DNA of 63,997 nucleotides, filler included, from an uncultured bacterium (lineage in GTDB: Bacteria > Auribacterota > CAZIXI01): assembly GCA_964543115.1 (NCBI GenBank). It is 5 parts of 5 records of this genome, joined end to end, with 100 filler letters (N's around TTAATTAATTAA, not from the genome) between each part and the next. Parts side by side here need not be neighbours in the genome. Positions count along the whole stretch, not along the records: positions 43,642 to 57,814 come from CAZIXI010000064.1; positions 57,915 to 63,997 come from CAZIXI010000214.1; 3 more parts are not named here. One strand, given 5' to 3'. A program made the translations under genes and the position numbers. Positions 56,260-63,997 of this stretch are shown piece by piece. The notes beneath the pieces are model-generated. The model was not told the DNA's origin. It was given only the letters and a program-made list of their open reading frames with translations, and made no database searches. The first letter of the stretch is position 1. Each line of letters starts with the position of its first letter.

Positions 56260-57648
56260 TTATTTAGTAGAGTGTTCTGTATCTTCATTAATAAATTTTC
56301 CAACCAAATCATATTCCAGTGTATCGGTGATCTTTACCGGAACGATTTCTCCGGTTTGCAGTGTCCGGTTACTGTTAACATAAACCAGGCCGTCAACTTC
56401 CGGGGCATCGGCATAACCGCGGCCCAGGTAAACTGCCGGTTTTTTTTCCTGGTTGCCTTCAACCAGTACGTCTAGGGTCTGTCCGATAAATTTCTTATTA
56501 ACTTCCCGGGCGATTTCCTGCTGCAGCGCCATGGCCTGGTGGAAGCGCTGCTGTTTAATCTTTTCCGGGACCTGACCGGCCATTTTTTCTGCCGGGGTGC
56601 CTTCTTCCGCTGAATATGTGAAAACGCCCAGACGCTCGAATTTTGTCTCTTCCATGAAACGCAGGAGGGCAGTGAATTCCTTCTCTGTTTCTCCCGGGAA
56701 ACCAACTATAAATGATGTTCGCAGAACAACTTGCGGTATTTGTGCTCTAATATCCCTGATAATCTGCTTGATCCCGGTAGAGTCTATTTTCCGGCCCATT
56801 AAAGAAAGTATTCTATCATCAATGTGCTGCAGCGGTAAATCGATATAATTACAAATTTTTTCCTGCCGGCTGATTTCCTGGATCAGCTCTTTGGTCAGAT
56901 AGGCCGGGTGGAGGTAGAGGATTCTCAGCCAAGACAGGTCCGCTAACCGGCCCAGTTGCCGGAGGAGTTGAGTCAGGTCTGTTTTATTGCCGGGCAGATC
57001 ACGGCCGTAACTGGTGGTGTCCTGGGCAATAAGATTAATTTCTTTTGTTCCCTGAATGATGAGGTTTCTCGCTTCTGCAATAATTGAATCCGGGGGACGG
57101 CTCCTGTAGCTACCCTTTATCTGGGGCACGGCGCAGTAACTGCAGATATTGGAGCAGCCTTCGGCGATTTTTATGTAAGCATAATAATCAGGGGTGATCC
57201 GGGCCCGGGGGGTGAGGTGGTCATAAAGAAAATGGTCGGGGGAAGGAGAAGCGCTGGGGAGCGGTTTTCCCGCCAGGAGGTTTTTTATCATTTGGGGCAG
57301 TTTAGGGATTTCCGGCAGGGTTACCCAGAGATCCACTTCCGGCAGATCGATAAGCAACTGCGGCAGGTAGCGTTGTACGAGGCAGCCGATAACGATAAGT
57401 TTTTTCCCGGGATTGTCTTCTTTTAACTTAGCCAGTTCGAGGATTAAATCGATAGATTCTTCTTTAGCCTCTTTAATAAAGGCGCAGGTATTAATAAGCA
57501 TTATCCCGGCCTGCTCAAGGTCATCTGTAATGGTGAAGCTTTTATCTTGTTGGAGGAAACCGAGAATAGCTTCTGAATCAACCAGATTTTTCGGGCAGCC
57601 GAGATTAATTAGGCCAATGAGTACATTTTTGTTACTATTTTCTGACAT
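56260..57648 (-). CDS. rimO: Ribosomal protein S12 methylthiotransferase
   Basis: LGCPKNLVDSE, NTCAFI, IGCL, KIAEGCSNICSYC, TRAM domain APEVDG. Confidence 0.95.
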   Translation of the reverse strand: MSENSNKNVLIGLINLGCPKNLVDSEAILGFLQQDKSFTITDDLEQAGIMLINTCAFIKEAKEESIDLILELAKLKEDNPGKKLIVIGCLVQRYLPQLLIDLPEVDLWVTLPEIPKLPQMIKNLLAGKPLPSASPSPDHFLYDHLTPRARITPDYYAYIKIAEGCSNICSYCAVPQIKGSYRSRPPDSIIAEARNLIIQGTKEINLIAQDTTSYGRDLPGNKTDLTQLLRQLGRLADLSWLRILYLHPAYLTKELIQEISRQEKICNYIDLPLQHIDDRILSLMGRKIDSTGIKQIIRDIRAQIPQVVLRTSFIVGFPGETEKEFTALLRFMEETKFERLGVFTYSAEEGTPAEKMAGQVPEKIKQQRFHQAMALQQEIAREVNKKFIGQTLDVLVEGNQEKKPAVYLGRGYADAPEVDGLVYVNSNRTLQTGEIVPVKITDTLEYDLVGKFINEDTEHSTK

Positions 57649-57662
57649 TGCTGTTTTAATTG

Positions 57663-57737
57663 TCAAAGTTGAATTTTTGTTGAGGATTTTTTCCCTGAAT
57701 ATAGTTTTCCTTCACGGATAAGGTCTTCGTATTTCAT
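57663..57737 (-). pseudogene. Possible truncated toxin (HEPN-like) N-terminus, 24 codons
   Basis: MKYEDLIREGKLYSGKKSSTKIQL*; ATG overlaps the end of the upstream ORF. Confidence 0.25.
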
Positions 57738-57813
57738 TTTCCTGTCCCAATAACATTATTTTAGGCAGCTTGATGAAATTGATGATAAAACTGTCTTTTG
57801 AACTGATTTTTTT
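57712..57813 (-). CDS. C-terminus of a possible minimal nucleotidyltransferase (MNT) protein (5' cut by contig end)
   Basis: KDSFIINFIKLPKIMLLGQENEI resembles C-termini of wHTH-MNT antitoxins (pattern recall only). Confidence 0.35.
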   Translation of the reverse strand, partial: KKISSKDSFIINFIKLPKIMLLGQENEIRRPYP

Positions 57814-57814
57814 G

Positions 57815-57914
57815 NNNNNNNNNNNNNNNNNNNNNNNNNNNNNNNNNNNNNNNNNNNNTTAATTAATTAANNNNNNNNNNNNNNNNNNNNNNNNNNNNNN
57901 NNNNNNNNNNNNNN
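57815..57914. other. Artificial contig spacer
   Basis: N-run + TTAATTAATTAA + N-run. Confidence 0.98.
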
Positions 57915-57949
57915 TTAATGGGTTAAATAAAAAACTAAAAGGGAAAATT

Positions 57950-58318
57950 ATGGAAAAAATATTAGTAATCGAAGATGAAGTGGATCTGGGGATAACGATC
58001 AGTGTCCGTTTGCGGAATGAGGGCTACCAGACTTGTGTGGCCAATGACGCGATTGCCGCGCTGGATTGTTTAAAAAAGAATAAGTATGATCTGATAATTC
58101 TGGATATTATGATGAGGGTTATGGACGGTTGTTCACTAGGCGCGATATTAAGGACCAGGGAGGATACCCGGGAATTGCCGATAATCGTCCTTTCCGCGCT
58201 AAGGGATGAAGAAACAAAATCGGTTTGCCGGGATTTAGATGTGGCGGCGTATCTGGAAAAGCCGTATGATCCGGGTAAATTGCTGGGAGAGATAAAAAAG
58301 GTATTTCATATTTCGTAA
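57950..58318 (+). CDS. Single-domain response regulator
   Basis: ILVIEDE, LIILDIMM, VLSA, EKPY. Confidence 0.92.
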   Translation: MEKILVIEDEVDLGITISVRLRNEGYQTCVANDAIAALDCLKKNKYDLIILDIMMRVMDGCSLGAILRTREDTRELPIIVLSALRDEETKSVCRDLDVAAYLEKPYDPGKLLGEIKKVFHIS

Positions 58319-58332
58319 TTTATTGTTCGTTG

Positions 58333-58419
58333 TAGAGACGCGATTACCCCTTTTTATCTATTCGAACTTAAAGGAAGGGGTTGCGATTAGAGGAAATATA
58401 TCGACTAATCGCGTCTCTA
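58333..58419. repeat. 14-bp inverted repeat (REP-like)
   Basis: tagagacgcgatta 58333-58346 / taatcgcgtctcta 58406-58419. Confidence 0.75.
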
Positions 58420-58447
58420 TATCGAGGATCGAAAACAGGAGGATAAA

Positions 58448-59056
58448 ATGAATGATAATGTTACCAGAGAGCAAATTGATGCCTTACGGGAGATAGCCAC
58501 AATCGGCGCGGGCAACGCGGCAACAGCGCTTTCCCAGATGCTCCATAAAAAGGTGGATATTGACGTGCCCCGGGTGAACCTGGTGCCGATCAGTCAGGCG
58601 GCGAAGGTTTTTGGCGGCGCGGAAAAATTGATAATCGCGGTGTATCTGCAGCTGTTGGGTGACGCCTCCGGAGTGATTTTGTTATCACTGGAGAAAACAG
58701 AAGCGGTCCGGCTTGCGGATACCTTACTGGGCCAGCAGCCGGGTAAAACGAAAATCTTAACTGAACTGGGCGGTTCCGCCCTGAAGGAAACCGCCTCGAT
58801 CCTTTCCGGCGCTTATCTCAGCGCGACCGGGAAATTACTGCGGATGCGGCTGTTGATTTCTTCTCCGGGCATGGCCCAGGATATGGCCGGGGCGATTGTC
58901 GAAAATATTCTCGCGGAGACGTCCAAGGAAGCGGATTATGCCCTGGTGATGGATACGGAACTCAAAATCGTTATGGAAAAGATAGTCGCTTATTTTTTCT
59001 TTATCCCGGACGCGGCATCGATGGAGAAGATGTTTAAGGTGTTAGGAGTAAAATAA
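58448..59056 (+). CDS. cheC: CheC-family CheY-P phosphatase
   Basis: DALREIATIGAGNAATALSQML and SALKETASILSGAY duplicated E-x-x-N-type motifs. Confidence 0.88.
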   Translation: MNDNVTREQIDALREIATIGAGNAATALSQMLHKKVDIDVPRVNLVPISQAAKVFGGAEKLIIAVYLQLLGDASGVILLSLEKTEAVRLADTLLGQQPGKTKILTELGGSALKETASILSGAYLSATGKLLRMRLLISSPGMAQDMAGAIVENILAETSKEADYALVMDTELKIVMEKIVAYFFFIPDAASMEKMFKVLGVK

Positions 59057-59066
59057 GGGGTGATTT

Positions 59067-60332
59067 ATGGCAAAGATACTGGTTGTTGACGATAATCGTG
59101 ATCATGCTGAATCCCTGGCGGCGATCCTGGCTGGTGCCGGGTATGAGGTGATTAAGGAAACCAGGGCAAAAGAAGTTTTTAAAGTCGCCAAAGCCCAAAA
59201 GCCGGATATGGTTATGTTAGACGTGAATATGCCTGAACTCAACGGATTAGAGGCAGCCAGGATACTTAAGAGCAATAAAGAGACAAAAGATCTGCTGGTT
59301 CTTATTCATAGCGCCACGGATAAGGCGGGCGCTATGTTTCAACAGGCGCTGGAGGCCGGCGCGGAGGATTTTATTAAAATGCCGGCTGATAAGGAGGAGA
59401 TTGTGTCCCGCGTAGCTGTGTGTTTGCGGAGAGCTAAAGATATCAGTGACCGTAAGCGGGAGGTAGAGGAACTGCGGCTGCGTGCTGAAATCATGAAGAA
59501 TGTGGCTGAGGGTATTTATTTAATCAGGCTGGATGATGGTATTATCGTTTATGCAAATCAGAAATTTGAAAAGATGTTCGGCTATAATCCTGGTGAAATG
59601 ATCGGGAAGGAAGTTTCCGTTGTTAATGCTCCGACGGACAAGACGCCCGCGGAGAGAAAGGATGAGATAATGGATGTCCTGGTAAAAACAGGGGAATGGC
59701 ACGGAGAAGTTAGAAACATTAAAAAAGACGGAACACCTTTCTGGTGCTCTGCCAATGTTTCGTTAGCCGATCATCCGGATTATGGCAGGGTAATCGTTTC
59801 GGTCCACAGTGATATTACAGAAAAGAAAAGAACAGAGGAAGAGGCAAAGCGAGGGGCAGAACAATGGCAGAAGACCTTTGATTCCATAAATGATCTGGTT
59901 TTTATTCAGGATAAGGATTATACAATAACCAGGGTTAATCAGTCCTTTGCCGCGGCGTTAAAGGCGAAGCCGGAAGATCTGATTGGGAAAAAATGTTATC
60001 AGGTGCTGCATAAATTGGATAAACCCTGGCCGGAATGCCCTTTTACGGAGACCAGAAAGGATAACCAGGTGCACAACGCTGAAATAATAGATCCAAAAAT
60101 TGGCATTCCGCTGCTGGTTACTATTTCTCCCATATTTAATGATAAAGGAGAGTTAACCGGTTCGGTGCATATTGCCAAAGATATTTCTGTAATGAAAAAG
60201 GCTGAAAAGGAGTTAAAGAAAAAGATCCGGGATCTGGAGCGGTTCCAGAAGGTGATGATGAACCGGGAGAAACGGGTGATCGAGCTCAAGGCGGAGGTGA
60301 AGGAGCTGAAGCGGAGGTTGGGAGAAGGTTAG
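59067..60332 (+). CDS. Receiver-PAS-PAS protein ending in a coiled coil (no catalytic output domain)
   Basis: LDVNMP receiver; two PAS/PAC domains (KKDGTPFW; GKKCY...CP); C-terminal DLERFQKVMMNREKRVIELK. Confidence 0.85.
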   Translation: MAKILVVDDNRDHAESLAAILAGAGYEVIKETRAKEVFKVAKAQKPDMVMLDVNMPELNGLEAARILKSNKETKDLLVLIHSATDKAGAMFQQALEAGAEDFIKMPADKEEIVSRVAVCLRRAKDISDRKREVEELRLRAEIMKNVAEGIYLIRLDDGIIVYANQKFEKMFGYNPGEMIGKEVSVVNAPTDKTPAERKDEIMDVLVKTGEWHGEVRNIKKDGTPFWCSANVSLADHPDYGRVIVSVHSDITEKKRTEEEAKRGAEQWQKTFDSINDLVFIQDKDYTITRVNQSFAAALKAKPEDLIGKKCYQVLHKLDKPWPECPFTETRKDNQVHNAEIIDPKIGIPLLVTISPIFNDKGELTGSVHIAKDISVMKKAEKELKKKIRDLERFQKVMMNREKRVIELKAEVKELKRRLGEG

Positions 60333-60339
60333 GGCAGTC

Positions 60340-60381
60340 TATATCCATTCCTATAATAGCAGCCCCAAGCGAAGCTTGGGG
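60340..60381 (+). repeat. Dispersed hairpin repeat, copy 2
   Basis: tatatccattcctataatagcagccccaagcgaagcttgggg. Confidence 0.8.
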
Positions 60382-60437
60382 TCAAGGGCGAGCGGAGCTC
60401 GGGGTCAAGGGGAGAATCGAGAACAGGAGATAATAAA

Positions 60438-61499
60438 GTGTTTAAGCCGAGTTATAAAATTACAGATAAGATTGCGAATGATTTATCCAAAATTGCCGAA
60501 TTGAGAACGGAGATTCTTGGTTCGCCGATAGCGCCAAAACTAGAATTTAATTTAAAAAGAGAAGCTGTATTGGATAATACACATTCTTCAACAGCTATAG
60601 AAGGCAACAAGCTGACATTGGAGCAGGTGGGGGATTTGGCTAAAGGAAAAGATGTGGCGGGCACTAAAAAGGATAAGAAAGAGGTTCTTAATTATCTAGC
60701 GGTTTTAGAGTCAATACCGGAATATGCTAAGCATGAAAAGATGAATGAAAAATTGATATTGGATATTCACAAAGGTATCACTAAGGGAACTCTGGAACAG
60801 GAAGCTGATGCCGGTGTGTACAGAGACAGGCAGGTATTTATCGGGAAAACGGTATTTAATGGGACCACTTTTAAACAAGAGGTGGTTTATACGCCACCCA
60901 CAGCGGAGGAAGTTCCATTCCTGATGGATGATTGGTTAGCCTGGATTAATTCAGAAGAAGTGAAGAACATTCATCCGGTGTTATATGCCGGGATCGGGCA
61001 TTATGAGTTTGTCAGGATACATCCATTTATTGACGGTAACGGCAGGACGACCAGGATGTTGGTTTCTTTACTGCTCTATAAAAGAGGTTTTGATGCCAAA
61101 AGAATTTTTCACTTAGATGATTATTATAATAGAGATAGGAAAGCTTATTATAGCGCCCTGGGGAGCGTTGATAAAGAGTTACGGGATCTGACAAACTGGC
61201 TGGAATATTTCACGGAAGGGGTAAGGGCAAGCCTGGAGGAATTAAAGAAATACCTGGCGGATGTTTTGGGAATTATTAAGAAAAGGCCCGCGGGGGAAGA
61301 TATAGAACTATCTTCCAGGCAAATGGGAATAATTAAATATGTCCACGAAAAAGGCAAAATTACCAATAGGGAATTACAAGAAATGCTTCACGTGTCTCAT
61401 GAGACAGCGCATAAGGAGTTTGTAAAACTTTTGGATTTAGAGATTTTGTCACAGAAAGGTGCCGGCCGGGGCGCCTATTATGAATTGGTTGATGATTAA
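60438..61499 (+). CDS. Fic family protein with C-terminal winged HTH
   Basis: HPFIDGNGRTTR Fic motif; STAIEGN; ITNRELQEML...GAGRGAYY. Confidence 0.92.
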   Translation: MFKPSYKITDKIANDLSKIAELRTEILGSPIAPKLEFNLKREAVLDNTHSSTAIEGNKLTLEQVGDLAKGKDVAGTKKDKKEVLNYLAVLESIPEYAKHEKMNEKLILDIHKGITKGTLEQEADAGVYRDRQVFIGKTVFNGTTFKQEVVYTPPTAEEVPFLMDDWLAWINSEEVKNIHPVLYAGIGHYEFVRIHPFIDGNGRTTRMLVSLLLYKRGFDAKRIFHLDDYYNRDRKAYYSALGSVDKELRDLTNWLEYFTEGVRASLEELKKYLADVLGIIKKRPAGEDIELSSRQMGIIKYVHEKGKITNRELQEMLHVSHETAHKEFVKLLDLEILSQKGAGRGAYYELVDD

Positions 61500-61576
61500 G
61501 CTGTTTTTAGGTTGATGATTATTTATAAGTGCCTAATCTAGTGGATGTTATACTTGTTGATGATTTTGGGTGTATT

Positions 61577-62398
61577 ATGAATATTTCAATAATACTTAAT
61601 AAATTGCAGAAGGAAAAGGGGCTGGTGCTTAAGGATTACCGGGAAGGCACGCTGCGGCGGCGGATCCAGCGGCGGATGCTGTTTGACGGGGCCGGGTCGC
61701 TGGAGGAATATATCCGGATGATTGATGATGATTACCATCTTTACTGGCGGTTGATCAGCGATTTGTTTATTGGGGTAACGGACTTTTTCCGGGATAAAAA
61801 GGTGTGGGAGACGGTGAAGGAAAATGTTCTGCCGCAGGTAGTGGAACAGCGTCTGCGCGCGAAAATATTATCGCCGCTGCGGATCTGGAGCGCCGGCTGC
61901 TCTACCGGTGAGGAGACTTATTCGCTGGCGATAACGGTAAAGGAGTTTTTCAGGGAAAATAATATCAGGATGCTGCCGGTATATGTTTATGGCACGGACA
62001 TTATGGAGGATAAACTGCGGGAGGCTAAAGCCGGCAGGTACGCGGGTGAAAAGCTTAAGAAAGTCGAGCCTGCGTTAAGGGCGAAATATTTTCAAACGGG
62101 TCAAACAGCGAACAGTGAATATCGGGTACATCCGGATATCTGTCAGCTGACGCGTTTCCAGCGCTATGATCTGGTGCTCGATAACCGGCTCCGCGGTTTT
62201 GACCTGGTTGTCTGCCGCAATGTGCTGATCTATTTTCAAAAGCAGCTGCAGGAACAGGTGATCGGTAAGTTCCATCAGGCGCTGAGGGCCGGCGGGCATT
62301 TGTGGCTGGGATTAACGGAAACGCTCTGGGGAGAAGGCGCTTCTCTATTCGCGCCGGTGCATAAACGGGAACGGATATATAGAAAGCGTATCTCGTGA
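61577..62398 (+). CDS. cheR: CheR-family protein-glutamate methyltransferase
   Basis: GVTDFFRD, RIWSAGCSTGEETYSLA, GTDI, DLVVCRNVLIYF. Confidence 0.93.
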   Translation: MNISIILNKLQKEKGLVLKDYREGTLRRRIQRRMLFDGAGSLEEYIRMIDDDYHLYWRLISDLFIGVTDFFRDKKVWETVKENVLPQVVEQRLRAKILSPLRIWSAGCSTGEETYSLAITVKEFFRENNIRMLPVYVYGTDIMEDKLREAKAGRYAGEKLKKVEPALRAKYFQTGQTANSEYRVHPDICQLTRFQRYDLVLDNRLRGFDLVVCRNVLIYFQKQLQEQVIGKFHQALRAGGHLWLGLTETLWGEGASLFAPVHKRERIYRKRIS

Positions 62399-62459
62399 AG
62401 CGTATCTCGTATTGTGTGTTTTAGAACGATTCACGCTTCACAAGATACGCTTCACGAAT
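62384..62459. repeat. Inverted pair of AAGCGTATCTCGTG-type short repeats
   Basis: aagcgtatctcgtgaagcgtatctcgt ... ttcacgcttcacaagatacgcttcacg. Confidence 0.75.
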
Positions 62460-62473
62460 CAGGAGATAAGCAG

Positions 62474-63997
62474 ATGAAGATAAGAACGAAAATAATGCTG
62501 GGGTTTTTGGCGATTATTGTGATGTTTGCGGGGGCAGGGTATGGCATTTTTTATTATATTGATAGAATCTTTACAGAGGTCATTGCTTCTGAGGCGGTGG
62601 TGCTGGCGCAGAGCGCGATGACTACTATAGATATGGGTATCTATAAAAGGATTGAACAGCTGCAGACTTATGCCAAAGAGGTCAGTGCTGAGGATGCTTT
62701 TATTAGATCCAACAGTGAATTTGGGCAGATACCTGATGTTGAGGATTTCATTGCCGGTGTTGACAGGGACTGGCGTGAAGGTAAGGAAACGCTGTTTATC
62801 AGAGGTGTTCTGGATAGTGAGATATCAGAGGAATTGAGGTATGAACTGCATTTAGAGGAGTATTATAAAGACAAGTACGGGTATAGTGTGTTCCCGGAGG
62901 TGTATGTAACCAATGCCTATGGAGTGGTTGTCGGGGCCACCGGCAGGACTTCTGATTATCTGCAGGCGGATAAACAGTGGTATCAGGAAGCAATGAAAGA
63001 GAAAGAGTTTTGGGTGGGGCCGCTTGAATATGATGAGAGCGCAGGGATTTATGCTATTGATATAGTTATTAAAATTTATGATAAGAGCGGCGATTTCGCC
63101 GGTATGCTTAAGGGGATCTTAAATCTTCAGGAAGTGATTGACTCTATTGCAAAACTAAAAACTCTGGTGTCATATAAGACGCAGGAGTTTATGTTGTTTA
63201 CCAGCGATGGCCAGTATATTTACGCCACTCATAAATATAATTTACTTGAACAGGGGCCTGTTGAGGCAATCGCTGGGGATATTGATATGAAAGAATATCT
63301 TGTTAGAGAAGGGGATGAACCCGGAGAGAAAAAAGAATTAACCGTCCATGCGCATTCTCATGGGTATAAAGACTATAAAGGTTTAGGTTGGGCCCTGACT
63401 GTGGAATACGCGGCCGATGAGATATTGCGGCCGGTTATCAGGTTAGAACGTATGTTAATTGTTGTTATGGGGCTGGTTGTACTACTAGCTATTGGTCTGG
63501 GATTTATTGTTTCATTTACCCTGACTCGGCCCATTATTCAATTGACTCAGGCCGCGACAGGGGTGAGAAAAGGTATATTTGATGTTAAGCTAAATACTAA
63601 ACCTAAAGGAGAAATTGGTCTGCTGGCGCGTACATTCAGTATGATGATCGCTGATTTGCGAGAATCAAGAAGGGAAATAGAGGGACATAGTAAGAAACTG
63701 GAACAAAAGGTAGCCGAACGTACCGCGGAACTGGAGCAGGTTAAGGACAGCCTGGAACAAAAGAACCTGGAGCTGGAACAGAGCAATGAATCCCTGGAAG
63801 CGGCTAATATGGATTTGCAGAATAATACGGCCCAGCTGGAAGAAACGACAGCGGAACTGCAGGCGGCGCAGGGCCGCACTGGAAAAGAAATACGCGGATA
63901 TGGAAAGGATTTACCGGACGACTATGGGCCGGGAGAAGCGGGTGTTGCCGGACCTGGCGGGCAGATGGCAGAAATTTGTCCCAGGGATTCCTCCAGC
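62474..63997 (+). CDS. Membrane sensor: TM-Cache-like periplasmic domain-TM-HAMP-coiled coil (absent from ORF track; runs off window; apparent frameshift near 63872)
   Basis: AGGAG RBS, ATG 62474; hand translation is open to window end: MKIRTKIMLGF..., WYQEA, GLGWALTV, RPIIQLTQAA...GEIGLLARTFSMM (HAMP), VAERTAEL. Confidence 0.85.
   Translation, partial: MKIRTKIMLGFLAIIVMFAGAGYGIFYYIDRIFTEVIASEAVVLAQSAMTTIDMGIYKRIEQLQTYAKEVSAEDAFIRSNSEFGQIPDVEDFIAGVDRDWREGKETLFIRGVLDSEISEELRYELHLEEYYKDKYGYSVFPEVYVTNAYGVVVGATGRTSDYLQADKQWYQEAMKEKEFWVGPLEYDESAGIYAIDIVIKIYDKSGDFAGMLKGILNLQEVIDSIAKLKTLVSYKTQEFMLFTSDGQYIYATHKYNLLEQGPVEAIAGDIDMKEYLVREGDEPGEKKELTVHAHSHGYKDYKGLGWALTVEYAADEILRPVIRLERMLIVVMGLVVLLAIGLGFIVSFTLTRPIIQLTQAATGVRKGIFDVKLNTKPKGEIGLLARTFSMMIADLRESRREIEGHSKKLEQKVAERTAELEQVKDSLEQKNLELEQSNESLEAANMDLQNNTAQLEETTAELQAAQGRTGKEIRGYGKDLPDDYGPGEAGVAGPGGQMAEICPRDSSS

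Noticed and set aside
49446..57648. trkHA and holA-lptE-bamD-pgpA-pgsA-rimO
   Set aside because: Ordinary conserved housekeeping genes in familiar order.
14745..57914. Four identical TTAATTAATTAA motifs within N-runs as a biological repeat, and gene neighbourhoods across them (e.g. minor pilin-dusB, 42705 ORF joined to the sigma-4 repeat ORF)
   Set aside because: This is a standard six-frame-stop linker used to concatenate contigs; contigs are in decreasing size order, so cross-junction adjacency is artificial.
1..63997. rRNA, tRNA, riboswitch or alternative genetic code
   Set aside because: No cloverleaf or rRNA-like sequence was recognised by eye, and long ORFs end at standard stops; a tRNAscan/Infernal run would be needed to exclude small RNAs.

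Overview
The window is not one locus. It is five assembly contigs joined by artificial 100-nt spacers (N-run + TTAATTAATTAA + N-run) at 14745-14844, 29168-29267, 43542-43641 and 57815-57914. The three complete contigs are about 14.3, 14.3 and 14.2 kb, i.e. size-sorted, so adjacency across spacers carries no meaning. The organism is a diderm bacterium (bamD, lptE). Gene style is consistent with Ca. Omnitrophota/PVC-like MAGs, but that is inference. Contig 1 is a type IV pilus/T2SS-type cluster (pilB, pilC, major pilin, minor pilins) split by a ~10 kb glycosylation block: three GT-C-like membrane proteins, a B12 radical SAM enzyme, two GT2s (one fused to a Cys-cluster domain) and an AbiE-like antitoxin with a truncated toxin stub. 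Contig 2 is an accessory region: dusB, methyltransferase, transglutaminase plus SEHP-repeat protein, deaminase, DJ-1, two secreted Ntn hydrolases, and two large signal-peptide proteins carrying radical SAM or iPGM-like domains. Contig 3 holds Mut7-C, polX, a lone sigma-4 protein, pyrE, an FtsH-like protease, DUF3352 and an nfeD-nfeD-floA operon. Contig 4 holds a tandem sigma-4 repeat protein, a 1473-aa signal-peptide MalQ/amylo-1,6-glucosidase fusion, trkHA and holA-lptE-bamD-pgpA-pgsA-rimO. Contig 5 is a CheC/CheR/PAS/HAMP signalling cluster with an inserted fic gene. The most interesting signal is four proteins on three contigs that share a signal peptide followed by an L[AH][PS] motif, three of which carry recognisable normally cytoplasmic enzyme domains: a candidate secreted-effector class. 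No rRNA, tRNA or CRISPR array was seen.
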